Below, one piece after another: positions 11,001 through 17,862 of a DNA stretch of 64,000 nt. The DNA lies in NCBI GenBank assembly GCA_020348445.1, contig CP070751.1:692421-756420 (forward strand). The letters run 5' to 3'. Each line of letters starts with the position of its first letter. Position 1 is the first letter of the stretch. Origin of the DNA: Thermoplasmata archaeon. Its GTDB lineage: Archaea; Thermoplasmatota; Thermoplasmata; GCA-020350865. The notes beneath the pieces were generated by a model, which saw nothing but the letters and a program-made list of their open reading frames with translations, was not told where the DNA came from and made no database searches. Both the position numbers and the translations under genes were made by a program.

Positions 11001-12314
11001 CCACCCACGGTTAGCACAATATCACCTTCAGATACCAGTACCAATGTTCCTGTTGGGACAAAAATCACCATAACATTTTCCGAGCCAATGAACAAGACAT
11101 CAGTTCAAAGCGCGTTTTCTATCAAGGACTCAGGAGGGAACTCTAAAACCGGGGATTTCTCCTGGAGCGGAAATACCATGACCTTTACACCTGATGGAAA
11201 GTTATACCCTGAGACACAATATACAGTTAGACTGGGTACAACCGCCATGGATTTAGCAGGCAATCCATTATCATCTGAATCTACTGTGCAATTTACAACT
11301 GGAGCAGATTCAACCCAACCCACTATCGTAGAGACAAGCCCAGGAGGATCAGATGTATCAATAGCAGAAATAATAACGATAAGATTCAGCAAAACAATGG
11401 ATGAAACTGCCACAGAAAATGCATTTTCCATATCGCCTCAGGTCTCAGGAAAATTCGAGTGGGAAGGCAACACACTTAAATTTATCCCAGATGATTTGCT
11501 CGTTCGTGGTAGAGTATACACCGTTACCATGGATTCCAGTGCAAAGGATTTGGATGGCAACAATGTGCTGGGATACTCATGGCAATTTACGACAAAATCT
11601 TCGGAGGACGTATCATTACCCTCCATAAAGACTAAATCACCAGATGGCTCCGGTGTACCTGTTGATACCGAGATAACCATTGTTTTCAGTGTAGAAATGG
11701 ATGAGAAAACCACAGAGAAAGCATTTTCCATTGAACCCTCAGTTGAAGGTGTGTTCACGTGGAAGTATGTTACTCTGACATTCATACCTAGCGAACCCCT
11801 CGATTATGAAACAATGTATACTGTAAGAATTAATTCCAGCGCAAAAGGCATCGATGGCAGATACCTGGATGAAGAAGAAGATTGGTCCTTCATAACAGAG
11901 AAGAAACCAGAAAAGACTGAGGCGGGCCTCTTTAGTTGGGAAAACCTGGAGCCCATCGTTACAGGGGTTACCATCCTTGTCACTTTCTTATTGGCCCTAT
12001 TTGGATTCTTACAGATTAGAAAGAAGCGTAACAAACTTCGCCAGTACTTGGAACAGATTGATGACACATTCAACGAATATAAAAAGAATTATCAAACTTG
12101 TGAACAAGAATTGATCACGCTTCGAGATAACATAAAAAGAGAAGTTAAGGAAGGTAGGTTGGAAGAAAATCATTTCCTAATACTGGATAAGAAAATCGAT
12201 GACTATTTATTGGAAATGAAAACCTTAGATAAAGGGTCGCCTTCCGATATAAACAAGATGCATCCCTTTGAGGAATTTGTGGAAGAAGAAACTGTTGATA
12301 TTAAGGAGGAATAG
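2058..12314 (+). CDS. Giant (3418 aa) membrane-anchored surface glycoprotein: signal peptide, two 7-blade beta-propellers, beta-sandwich domains, 17 FN3/Ig-like 101-aa repeats, three Big_5/SbsA-like Ig domains, TM helix, cytoplasmic tail
   Basis: 14 TSDGG-type blades (GGYIIAGYT..SYGAG..DVWLIKTD..GNE.WNKTFGG); repeated GAYYKLD units; three P.V....P....V.....ITITFSEPM-like Ig domains; hydrophobic IVTGVTILVTFLLALFGFL followed by RKKR. Confidence 0.9.
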   Translation: MIEKKIKRTAQIFSLVSILFLIQMLSIEQSMVGNVSAGSSWIQTTEADFNAGTLDNVTVTASGDVKLILEPQSVVDEFTSHSKIGSSDSVILDITPGYFIINKSYGGSGTEYARCVQQTSDGGYIIAGSTGSYGGPLYEVWLVKTDFMGNEEWNKTFGGSSSEYGFSVQQTSDGGYIIAGYTFSYGAGSYDVWLIKTDNSGNEEWNETYGGSQGDYGYSVQETSDGGFIIAGTTYSYGPGDMDMWLIKTNYLGVEEWNNTFGSSTEEDEGYSAIEAPDGGFIITGIMTPPIIGGSTAAWLIKTNSTGDEKWNKTFGGTSNDNAKSVRLTSDGGLILVGSTASFGAGKNDVWLIKTDIDGNEIWNRTYGGEAIDNGYSVQETSDGGLFVAGSTNSFGDGKSDLWVIKTENYGNEIWNRSLGGNNDDAGYWAQQTSDGGFIITGIINSWGSSGQDAWLVKLDKSVGMTKLVKINRTYGGSLADYGWSVLETSDGGFIVTGYTQNYGAGNYDAWLIKTGKYGYEKWNKTFGGVESDGAYAFNKTFDGGFIITGYTRSWGAEDSNAWLIKTDKYGNEQWNKTYGGPGRDIGRSVRQTSDGGYIICGQTTSWGAEGTNAWLIKTSDIGKEEWNFTYGGSKGDYGYSVVVANDYGYVIAGITESFGINPSVDNAWLIKTYANGKEHWNRTYGGVDDDRAYCVDKTSDGGYVITGETWSWGAGNYDVWLIKTDSTGVIKVNKTFGGSSTDSAKSVVETSDKGYAIFGESWSFANGGYDFWLIKTDSSGGIILNKTFGGSTNEQGYSIQQTTDGGYVIFGYTRSYGAGNADFWLIKTDSAGSMVFTQGEFTSKNLLAGKASYSITNFSCEISIPSGTNARVQFSKNSISWYDSGGIPGQWDVLSDGINLIDLLSLDWNGSYFYYRVEFASTSDLFPILHNITLSYIQYIAMGTFISQPFDSGGPVSWDTLDWNAQTPPDTDIIFQLRSATTLAGLFGKNFVGPGGLPITYYTSPGSVIWPGHNNERWIQFKAYFRTTSGNVTPILNDVTISYNRLPDPPDLSLPTNFQITNDSTPQFEWHFQDTDGTQTGFQVLIDDDNNFGSVNYDSGMNTSSNENWQFPLGTGYAEITDGIWYWQVRTRDNDGDWSPYSINWSFTLDTTILPPEDIYANPGSWTGINSFSVHWTNPSDLTGIAGAYYKLDSAPTSNTDGTYEIGSGITSISDISVSGDGPHTIYVWLKDDANNINFTNYNTTVFYYDGSAPSSPTDVKANPNDWTATDLFTVTWTNPSELSGIAGAYYKLDSPPTHETDGTYVAGSDITSINGITVSDDGAHTIYIWLEDEVGNIDHTNYGTTILYLDATPPTSPTDVTAIPSSWTNTNSYTVQWTNPADTSGIAGVYYKLYSQPTWNGDGTYVPGPGINSISSISVSGEGQHSIYIWLVDGAGNVDYAYNGSTFLHLDTTPPDSPMDLIPTPNTWTSINSFSVSWVNPSDLSGIGGAYYKLDFAPSHDTDGTLISGPGLNSISGITVGSDGGHTIYIWLNDNASNADHTTYNTTTLYYDGTAPNSPSGLTATPDTWTATNSFMISWFNPAELSGIAGAYYKLDSAPTSDTDGTYVADPDITNINGITVTGDAQHPIYVWLQDNAGNADFTTSDMTFLYYDGTAPSLPLDLTATPSTWTSTNSFSVAWTNPTEVSGIAGAYYKLDTPPTSDTDGIYVAGSDITSISSIAVSGDGAHTIYIWLTDEAGNVDHNNFNTTILYYDGGAPSLPMDVTADPDIWTSINLFNVSWINPSDITGIAGAYYKLDSLPTHDTDGTYVAGSGINNITDITVSGDGAHTIYIWLEDGLGNIDFNNYNTTILYYDGPAPSEPLNITAIPDTWTSINLFDVFWDNPFEPSGIAGAYYKLDSPPTSNTDGTYVAGSDIISITGITVSGDGAHTIYVWLKNGAGNVDYNNTNTTIFYFDSTPPSQPTGITADPISWTSLNSFLVSWTNPSDDSGIAGAYYKLDTPPTSNTDGTYVAGPGITSISNIMVSGDGQHTIYIWLVDNASNVDYINNGTTFLYYDSTAPSLPTGVGATPSTWTATNSFTVTWTNPSDLSGIGGVYYKLDTAPTSDTDGTLVTGPGINSITNIVVSSDGAHTIYIWLLDNASNVDHNNYATTILYYDGAPPSSPTNVVANPSIWTATNLFSVSWTNPTELSGIAGAYYKLDSLPTSDTDGTYVAGSDITSISNIVVTGDGQHPIYIWLIDELGNIDYNNYGETNLNLDSTAPSSPTGVAATPSSWTAINSFDVSWTNPSDLSGIAGAYYKLDSAPTSDTDGTLVSGSGINSFNNIPVSGDGQHTIYIWLIDEVGNIDYNNRDTTILYYDGSAPSKPTDITADPVSWTSTNSFTVTWTNPSDLSGIAGAYYKLDSQPTSNTDGTLVSGSGITSISSIVVTGDGQHSIYVWLIDEVGNINYINRNSTVLYYDGSAPSSPTNVMADPNTWTSTDLFTISWDNPPELSGIDGAYYKLDSVPSTSTDGTLVSGSGITSISNIAVLDDGQHTIYIWLIDKAGNINHLNRGSTVLQYDATAPSLPQTVEANPSSWTSTNSFTVSWINPSELSGIAGAYYKLDSEPTSNTDGTYVAENDITSISSITVSGDGEHTIYIWLKDKAGNVDYNNNASTILYYDGSAPSKPEGIAANPDNWTAVNSFSVSWTNPTDLSGIVGAYYKLDTPPSFNTDGTYAPGAGISSLSNIFVSGDGQHTIYVWLKDGVDNINYNNHNTTILYYDGSAPSVPTGISVNPNTWTSVNSFTINWNNPSDVSGIKEGAYYYIGTSPPTSSADGSWTSDKPFTITNAPQGSNNIYLWLEDNVGNKNHLNYGSIVLKLDNTPATIQHTFVTAGTINEPITIEAEVIDTHTGVNSVLLYWKKKSDDIYISEIMDGTGDTYSAEITTDSTESLEYYIKATDQSQPPNIGYYSLYGQVTDEPDSSNDIDITISGVDKIPPTVSTISPSDTSTNVPVGTKITITFSEPMNKTSVQSAFSIKDSGGNSKTGDFSWSGNTMTFTPDGKLYPETQYTVRLGTTAMDLAGNPLSSESTVQFTTGADSTQPTIVETSPGGSDVSIAEIITIRFSKTMDETATENAFSISPQVSGKFEWEGNTLKFIPDDLLVRGRVYTVTMDSSAKDLDGNNVLGYSWQFTTKSSEDVSLPSIKTKSPDGSGVPVDTEITIVFSVEMDEKTTEKAFSIEPSVEGVFTWKYVTLTFIPSEPLDYETMYTVRINSSAKGIDGRYLDEEEDWSFITEKKPEKTEAGLFSWENLEPIVTGVTILVTFLLALFGFLQIRKKRNKLRQYLEQIDDTFNEYKKNYQTCEQELITLRDNIKREVKEGRLEENHFLILDKKIDDYLLEMKTLDKGSPSDINKMHPFEEFVEEETVDIKEE
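2370..4560 (+). repeat. 14 coding beta-propeller blade repeats (~50 aa) in two groups of seven
   Basis: Seven TSDGG-like motifs, a short linker (DKSVGMTKLVKIN), then seven more. Confidence 0.8.
5508..10650 (+). repeat. Tandem coding repeat: 16 copies at an exact 303-nt (101-aa) period plus one degenerate copy
   Basis: The G(A/V)YYKL Gly codon starts at 5619, 5922, 6225, 6528, 6831, 7134, 7437, 7740, 8043, 8346, 8649, 8952, 9255, 9558, 9861 and 10164, then at 10470 (+306). Confidence 0.95.
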
Positions 12315-12451
12315 GGAAAGTAAATAGGTAATTGAAAATAGAAAACTTTCTTCCTAATATTATCACTGGTATCTTTTTAAGTAACATTTTAGATAGTTAT
12401 ATAAATAATGACCCTATTTTAGCTCTTGGATCGATAAATGGAGGAATTTTG

Positions 12452-15400
12452 ATGCCCAAAAAATGTATCGTGTTTTACCCATTAGGTCGTGAACATTATT
12501 TTAAAAGGAGCATCGCTTTGGCACTTCTTTTTATCATGATTGTCCAGGCATTTGCAGCCATTTGTTCTGCTGAGGTTTATTTTGATCCTTCAACTGGATA
12601 TTATCTCGATGATTTTGAGGGTGAGAATGAAACCCTGGGATTGAACTATATCACGGATGCTTACGTCCATGAGGGTAATATAACTCTAGAATACGACTAT
12701 TATCTTGGAACAGGCTCAGACGGGGACCTATATGTAACCTCACCGACTACATTATGGAGGGGCTCAAAACTACATGATGCCAATGCTAGTTCCAGTCAGA
12801 TCGAGCCATATAATATAGCAGTTTTTGAAGAAGGCGATGAGCTTCTTGTAATCAACATGATGTCTGGGATATGGGAGACAGTCTTCGTGAAGAATGTTTC
12901 ATCTCCATATCTTAACCTTGAAACTCCTCTAAGGAATTATTACTATGAGAACTCTAAGGCCCAGATCGTCCATATCTGGCACTTTAACAATGTGACGGTC
13001 AATGGTTCGACGTTAACCACACAGGCCTGGAATGGTGATACGGGGGGAATACTGGCTTTTAGAGCAACCGGCTCTGTGACTCTTAATTCCACTGGTTCCA
13101 TTATATCTGCAACAGGTAAGGGTTTCTCAGGTGGTGTTGGTGGAATGGGAGGATATGGAGGTGATAAAGGTTCTGGAGGCCTGGGCGCAGAGGCAGGTGA
13201 TACAAATACATATATGACTTTCAACGGGTTGGATGGTTCTCCTGGTTCGGGAGCCTCCGGGGGCAATGGATACAAGGGAGTTTTCCCGACAGGTCCCCCA
13301 GCAGGATACGATGTTTACGTTGGCGGGGGAAAGGGCGGTCGTGGTGGGAATTTTGGATACAGTGGATGGCTTGGTCAAATCGGTGTTAGTGGTAAAGGAC
13401 TGGGAGGTGGAGCAGGTGGTTACCCTGCAAACGGCGGCAATAATCCTACCTCCCCACAATTGACCATTATCAACATGGGTGGTGGCGGTGGGGGCGGTGG
13501 CGGTGGCGAGGGTGGTCAGGGTGGATGTGGAGGTGGAGGTGGAGGAGGTTCTATTAATGCGGGAAATGATGGCGAAGATGGTGGTCGAGGAGGTGAAGGA
13601 GGTAGTGGAGGAAATGGGGGAATTGGTGGAGGGATTATCTTTTATTCATGTAAAAGTTTGAACAATTATGGTATAATTTCCACCAATGGAACACAGGGTT
13701 CACCTGGATTAGCTGCAATTGGTGGTGAAGGAGGTGGCCACGGTGGTGCTGGAGCCCCAGCAATGGTATATATCAATGGAAGTGGAGACACAAGTCATTG
13801 GGGTGCTGGTGGCGGTGGTGGTGGAGGCATGGGTGGATCTGGAGGTGACGGTGGATATGGTGGTGGGGGTGGTGCAGGAGGTTCAATTTTGATTCAAGCT
13901 TATAATATCAACAGTTCTTATGGTAACATGTATGTCGGAGGGGGCTCAGGAGGTATTGGTGGGTCTCCAGGTGCTGGCGGTGTAGGCGGTTTGGGCGGTG
14001 CTGGTGGTATTGATACTTATGGCGGCTGGGATGGTGAGTCCGGCACGAGCGGTACAGGAGGTTCAATGGGTATAATGGGAGGAGATGGTTATGACGGTGA
14101 ATCTGGATTTATAAGATTGGATTATATTGATCTATCCGATGGTTTTACACCAAGCTCTCCAGTGCATCTCAATAATATTATCTACAAATCCTCAGGGGAG
14201 GCAAGAAGTCAAGTTATTTCACCACCAGATATCGTGAAATGGTGGAAGTTCACGGCAGATACAACTGTTCCTGACAACTGTTCTTTGGAATTCTACATTA
14301 TTGACCCTGTTAATGATACAGTTTTTGCATTTGGTGATTCTTCACAAGTATCCGAGACAAATGGAGGAATAGAACTAGATAGGATTCCAGTTTCTAGCCT
14401 TCAAATTTTGGCAATCCTTCAAACAGAAGATACATTGATTACGCCTGTAATCCATTCCTGGAATCTATCTTGGGAGGCCTCTTCTCCTCAAGCACCAGAA
14501 AATCTAGCCGCAAATCTATCAAAGGACGGGAGCTATATATCACTTTCCTGGGATGCAGTATCATTCTGGAAGGATTTGACAGGTTACAATATCTATCGGT
14601 CTGAGGATGGAGTGTCCTATACTTTATTCGATAGCGTGGATAACACGACTCTGATATACCAAGATACCCAGGTGGAAATTGGAAGAACATACAAATATAA
14701 AGTCACGGCAACCTCCTCCAATGATTTGGAATCCCCCTTTTCGAACCCGGTCCAGATATTTAATGACAAGGATTGGGATTTAGATGGGGTCGGTAATCTA
14801 TATGACGATGATGACGATGGCGATGGTGTCCATGACTTTTCAGATGCATTCCCACTGAACTCTTCGGAATGGCTTGACAGTGATTTCGATGGCATTGGGA
14901 ACGAGCTTGACGATGATGATGACAACGATGGTGTTCCTGACGGGATAGATCCCTATCCTTTGAATCCGTTAAACGAAATTCAAGCAGCACTTGATTACAT
15001 AAACACAACTGTGGAGGACATCCAATCCAGGGCAATTGATCTCGCTCTGCAGCTTTCGGGTGTGAACGATTCTATTTTCGGATGGATTTCAGGTTCAGAA
15101 TCCAACATATTAGATGAATTGGCGGAGATTAACACATCCTTGGCATCCGAGATTAAAACTCAGGCTGCAGGCATCACAAATGACATTATTGGTATGAATT
15201 CCTCGCTTTCAGATCAACTAAACAGCCTATTGAATAACCTTACCACCGAGGATGGGGCTTTCAGGGCATGGCTCGATTTGGTTCTTGACACAATAGATAA
15301 AAATCTAACAGCAACAAACGACTCTCTAGGGGCCCAATTGAGCTTCTTGGACACATATATTGCCGGATTTAATATCAGCTTACAGACCGAGTTGGGGGAT

Positions 15401-16120
15401 ATTTTATCGGAGCTTCAACAACATGATCAAGATACAGGACAGGATCATTCTGAGATAATTACCAAGCTCGATGATATATTGAGTGGAGGTGTGGGAGCTG
15501 ACAACCTAAATGAGTTGAAATCGATTTTGACGAACCTTTCAAATAACGTCTCAGTCCATGATCAGTCAATTGCAGATGATATCGATGAAGTTATAGGGGA
15601 TATAGAGGAATTTGAATTAAATACAAGCCAGAAAATGGAGTCAATTGACAGCACTTTGGACGATCTGGCCAAATTAGAGGACATCTTATCAGACTTAAAT
15701 GCTTTGAACAGGTCGCTTGCTGCCGCCCATGATCAATTGCAGGAATCGGTGGATGAGATACCAGCTGAAAAGGGAGAAAAAGAGGAGATCGGCATGACAG
15801 AGATACTCTTGATCGTAGTGATTGTTCTTTTAATTGTTAATCTGCTTGTCACTATGATGAGGGGAAAAAAGGAGGGAGCCAAAGGTGCGAAGGCTCTTTC
15901 TGAGGAGGAAGTTGAGCCAAAGAGCAGGGCTAAAGGAGAAGAGGAAGAATGGGAGGAGGAAGGAGAAGAAATAGAAGAGGACACTGAGGAAGAGCCAGAG
16001 GAGGAATACGAAGAGGATATCGAGGAGATATTCGAGTGTCCAGAATGCGGGGCTCATGTAGGCCCTACAGAGACCGCGTGTCCGAATTGCGGAGAAGAGT
16101 TTGAGGTGGATGAGGATTAA
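12452..16120 (+). CDS. Surface protein (~1222 aa): signal/TM, glycine-rich domain, beta-sandwich, FN3, thrombospondin type-3-like Ca-binding repeats, helical/coiled-coil stalk, TM, acidic tail, Cys4 zinc ribbon
   Basis: Start moved from 12332 to ATG 12452 (GGAGG SD at 12440). Poly-Gly tracts at 13105-14130; DWDLDGVGNLYDDDDDGDGV..DSDFDGIGNELDDDDDNDGVPD; TM ILLIVVIVLLIVNLLV; C-terminal FECPECG..CPNCG. Confidence 0.88.
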   Translation: MPKKCIVFYPLGREHYFKRSIALALLFIMIVQAFAAICSAEVYFDPSTGYYLDDFEGENETLGLNYITDAYVHEGNITLEYDYYLGTGSDGDLYVTSPTTLWRGSKLHDANASSSQIEPYNIAVFEEGDELLVINMMSGIWETVFVKNVSSPYLNLETPLRNYYYENSKAQIVHIWHFNNVTVNGSTLTTQAWNGDTGGILAFRATGSVTLNSTGSIISATGKGFSGGVGGMGGYGGDKGSGGLGAEAGDTNTYMTFNGLDGSPGSGASGGNGYKGVFPTGPPAGYDVYVGGGKGGRGGNFGYSGWLGQIGVSGKGLGGGAGGYPANGGNNPTSPQLTIINMGGGGGGGGGGEGGQGGCGGGGGGGSINAGNDGEDGGRGGEGGSGGNGGIGGGIIFYSCKSLNNYGIISTNGTQGSPGLAAIGGEGGGHGGAGAPAMVYINGSGDTSHWGAGGGGGGGMGGSGGDGGYGGGGGAGGSILIQAYNINSSYGNMYVGGGSGGIGGSPGAGGVGGLGGAGGIDTYGGWDGESGTSGTGGSMGIMGGDGYDGESGFIRLDYIDLSDGFTPSSPVHLNNIIYKSSGEARSQVISPPDIVKWWKFTADTTVPDNCSLEFYIIDPVNDTVFAFGDSSQVSETNGGIELDRIPVSSLQILAILQTEDTLITPVIHSWNLSWEASSPQAPENLAANLSKDGSYISLSWDAVSFWKDLTGYNIYRSEDGVSYTLFDSVDNTTLIYQDTQVEIGRTYKYKVTATSSNDLESPFSNPVQIFNDKDWDLDGVGNLYDDDDDGDGVHDFSDAFPLNSSEWLDSDFDGIGNELDDDDDNDGVPDGIDPYPLNPLNEIQAALDYINTTVEDIQSRAIDLALQLSGVNDSIFGWISGSESNILDELAEINTSLASEIKTQAAGITNDIIGMNSSLSDQLNSLLNNLTTEDGAFRAWLDLVLDTIDKNLTATNDSLGAQLSFLDTYIAGFNISLQTELGDILSELQQHDQDTGQDHSEIITKLDDILSGGVGADNLNELKSILTNLSNNVSVHDQSIADDIDEVIGDIEEFELNTSQKMESIDSTLDDLAKLEDILSDLNALNRSLAAAHDQLQESVDEIPAEKGEKEEIGMTEILLIVVIVLLIVNLLVTMMRGKKEGAKGAKALSEEEVEPKSRAKGEEEEWEEEGEEIEEDTEEEPEEEYEEDIEEIFECPECGAHVGPTETACPNCGEEFEVDED

Positions 16121-16245
16121 ATCAATTGTGCAAGATATTCCTTTTATGAATCCTCGTACCTATCTATTTATCATATTATTTATATGCTTGATATTGGGAG
16201 CAAAAATTTTATGTGATAGCGATTTCCTACTTAAATGGGGTCAAA

Positions 16246-16662
16246 ATGGAAATAAATGAGGCGATATCGGTTTTGGTCATAGGTTTTATGTTCATAAGCG
16301 GTATCTGGCTTACCGTTCTCACCTACCTTGTAGTCAAGAGACCTCAACAAAATAGGAAAAATGAAGGTGTTGAGAGTATAAAAGGCAAAGTAAATAAGGA
16401 AGAACTGGAAGGTTCTACTGAAGGAAAACAAAAGAAACAGATAGAGGGTGACAAAATGGAGCAAAAAGCCCAAATAGGTCCAGAAGAAAAAGAAGAAAAT
16501 CAGAGAAAAACACAGACTGAAGAAACAAAAGATGAGCAGGCAAATGAACCAGAAATGGTGGAAGAAGAGGTCTTCGAATGCCCAGTATGCGGTTTCGAAA
16601 CCCAACTTGAAGATAGTGAATGTCCAAGGTGCGGTGTGGACCTCGCTCCTGAAGAGGAATAG
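16246..16662 (+). CDS. Small single-pass membrane protein with charged linker and C-terminal Cys4 zinc ribbon
   Basis: N-terminal hydrophobic helix AISVLVIGFMFISGIWLTVLTYLVV, an E/K/Q-rich linker, then FECPVCG..CPRCG. Start ATG 16246 is in frame with track ORF 16213. Confidence 0.8.
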   Translation: MEINEAISVLVIGFMFISGIWLTVLTYLVVKRPQQNRKNEGVESIKGKVNKEELEGSTEGKQKKQIEGDKMEQKAQIGPEEKEENQRKTQTEETKDEQANEPEMVEEEVFECPVCGFETQLEDSECPRCGVDLAPEEE

Positions 16663-16866
16663 CTCCATCTCAAGTTCCGCAAGATAATACAAATATTATT
16701 GTTCTATTTATTTTAGGCCTATATAATAATTCAATATTAATTAAGAAGGCTTAATCAGAGATAAAGACCGATAAATTCAGATAAAGAAAGATTATTCTCA
16801 CCAAAACTTAAATATCAAATCCTGCTATTAGGGATATCTGTAGTATATAATAAAGAGGGGGAGAAC

Positions 16867-17775
16867 ATGTCCTTGGACCTCGATTTAACGAAATTAAGGC
16901 ACGGCACCGAGCTCCTTAAAAGAGGCTTTGCCAAGATGCAAAAGGGCGGCGTCATCATGGACGTCACCAACTTCCAGCAGGCAGGCATTGCAGAGAATGC
17001 AGGTGCTGTTGCAGTAATGGCCTTGGAGCGCGTGCCCGCAGATATAAGAGAGGCCGGCGGTGTAGCCAGAATGGCCGATCCCAAGGTAATTCAGGAGATT
17101 ATGGATGCTGTCACAATACCTGTCATGGCCAAGGTGAGAATAGGCCATTTCGTGGAGGCACAGGTTCTGGAGTCAATTGGTGTAGATATGATAGACGAAT
17201 CAGAGGTGCTTACCCCTGCAGACCCATTTTATCATGTGGATAAGTCCAAGTTCACTGTGCCCTTCGTATGCGGTGCAAGGAATTTAGGCGAGGCTCTGAG
17301 AAGAGTTGCCGAGGGCGCTGCCATGATAAGAACAAAGGGCGAGGCAGGAACAGGGAACGTTATAGAGGCTGTTCGCCATCAAAGGCTTATTTTGGGCCAG
17401 ATCAGGGAGCTTAAAGGTAAAGACCATGAGGAGATGACCTCAATTGCACGAAAAATCGAAGCTCCATTGGAGTTTGTAAAGGAGGTGGCAGAGCTTCAGC
17501 GTCTGCCAGTAGTGAACTTCGCCGCAGGAGGTATAGCCTCCCCCGCAGACGCCGCAATGATGATGCAGCTGGGCTCAGACGGTGTATTCGTGGGCTCGGG
17601 AATATTCAAATCCTCGGATCCGGAGCCAAGGGCCAGGGCAATCGTGGAAGCTGTGACGCACTTCGATGATCCCAAGGTGATAGCAGAGGTATCAGCAGGC
17701 CTGGGCGATGCCATGAAAGGCATAGAAATTTCTGAGATACCAAAGGAGCAGAGACTTCAGGAAAGGGGATGGTAG
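16867..17775 (+). CDS. pdxS: Pyridoxal 5'-phosphate synthase lyase subunit PdxS
   Basis: Signature segments [53 protein letters not shown] and terminal QERGW. Confidence 0.98.
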   Translation: MSLDLDLTKLRHGTELLKRGFAKMQKGGVIMDVTNFQQAGIAENAGAVAVMALERVPADIREAGGVARMADPKVIQEIMDAVTIPVMAKVRIGHFVEAQVLESIGVDMIDESEVLTPADPFYHVDKSKFTVPFVCGARNLGEALRRVAEGAAMIRTKGEAGTGNVIEAVRHQRLILGQIRELKGKDHEEMTSIARKIEAPLEFVKEVAELQRLPVVNFAAGGIASPADAAMMMQLGSDGVFVGSGIFKSSDPEPRARAIVEAVTHFDDPKVIAEVSAGLGDAMKGIEISEIPKEQRLQERGW

Positions 17776-17862
17776 TCAGAAAAAAAATTCAGGACACAAA
17801 AAATATTTAAGGTAAATGGTGATTTCCAACTTCCCATCCTATTGAACTAGGAGAGAAAAGAC

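Noticed and set aside
12943-13661. Several Pro-rich or Val-rich short ORFs in other frames
   Set aside because: Frame and strand shadows of the glycine-rich GGN codon tract.
16231-16692. 153-aa Phe/Leu-rich minus-strand ORF that looks like a membrane protein
   Set aside because: Antisense to the Lys/Glu-rich 16246..16662 gene, which has a conserved zinc ribbon; the hydrophobicity is an artefact of A-rich codons.
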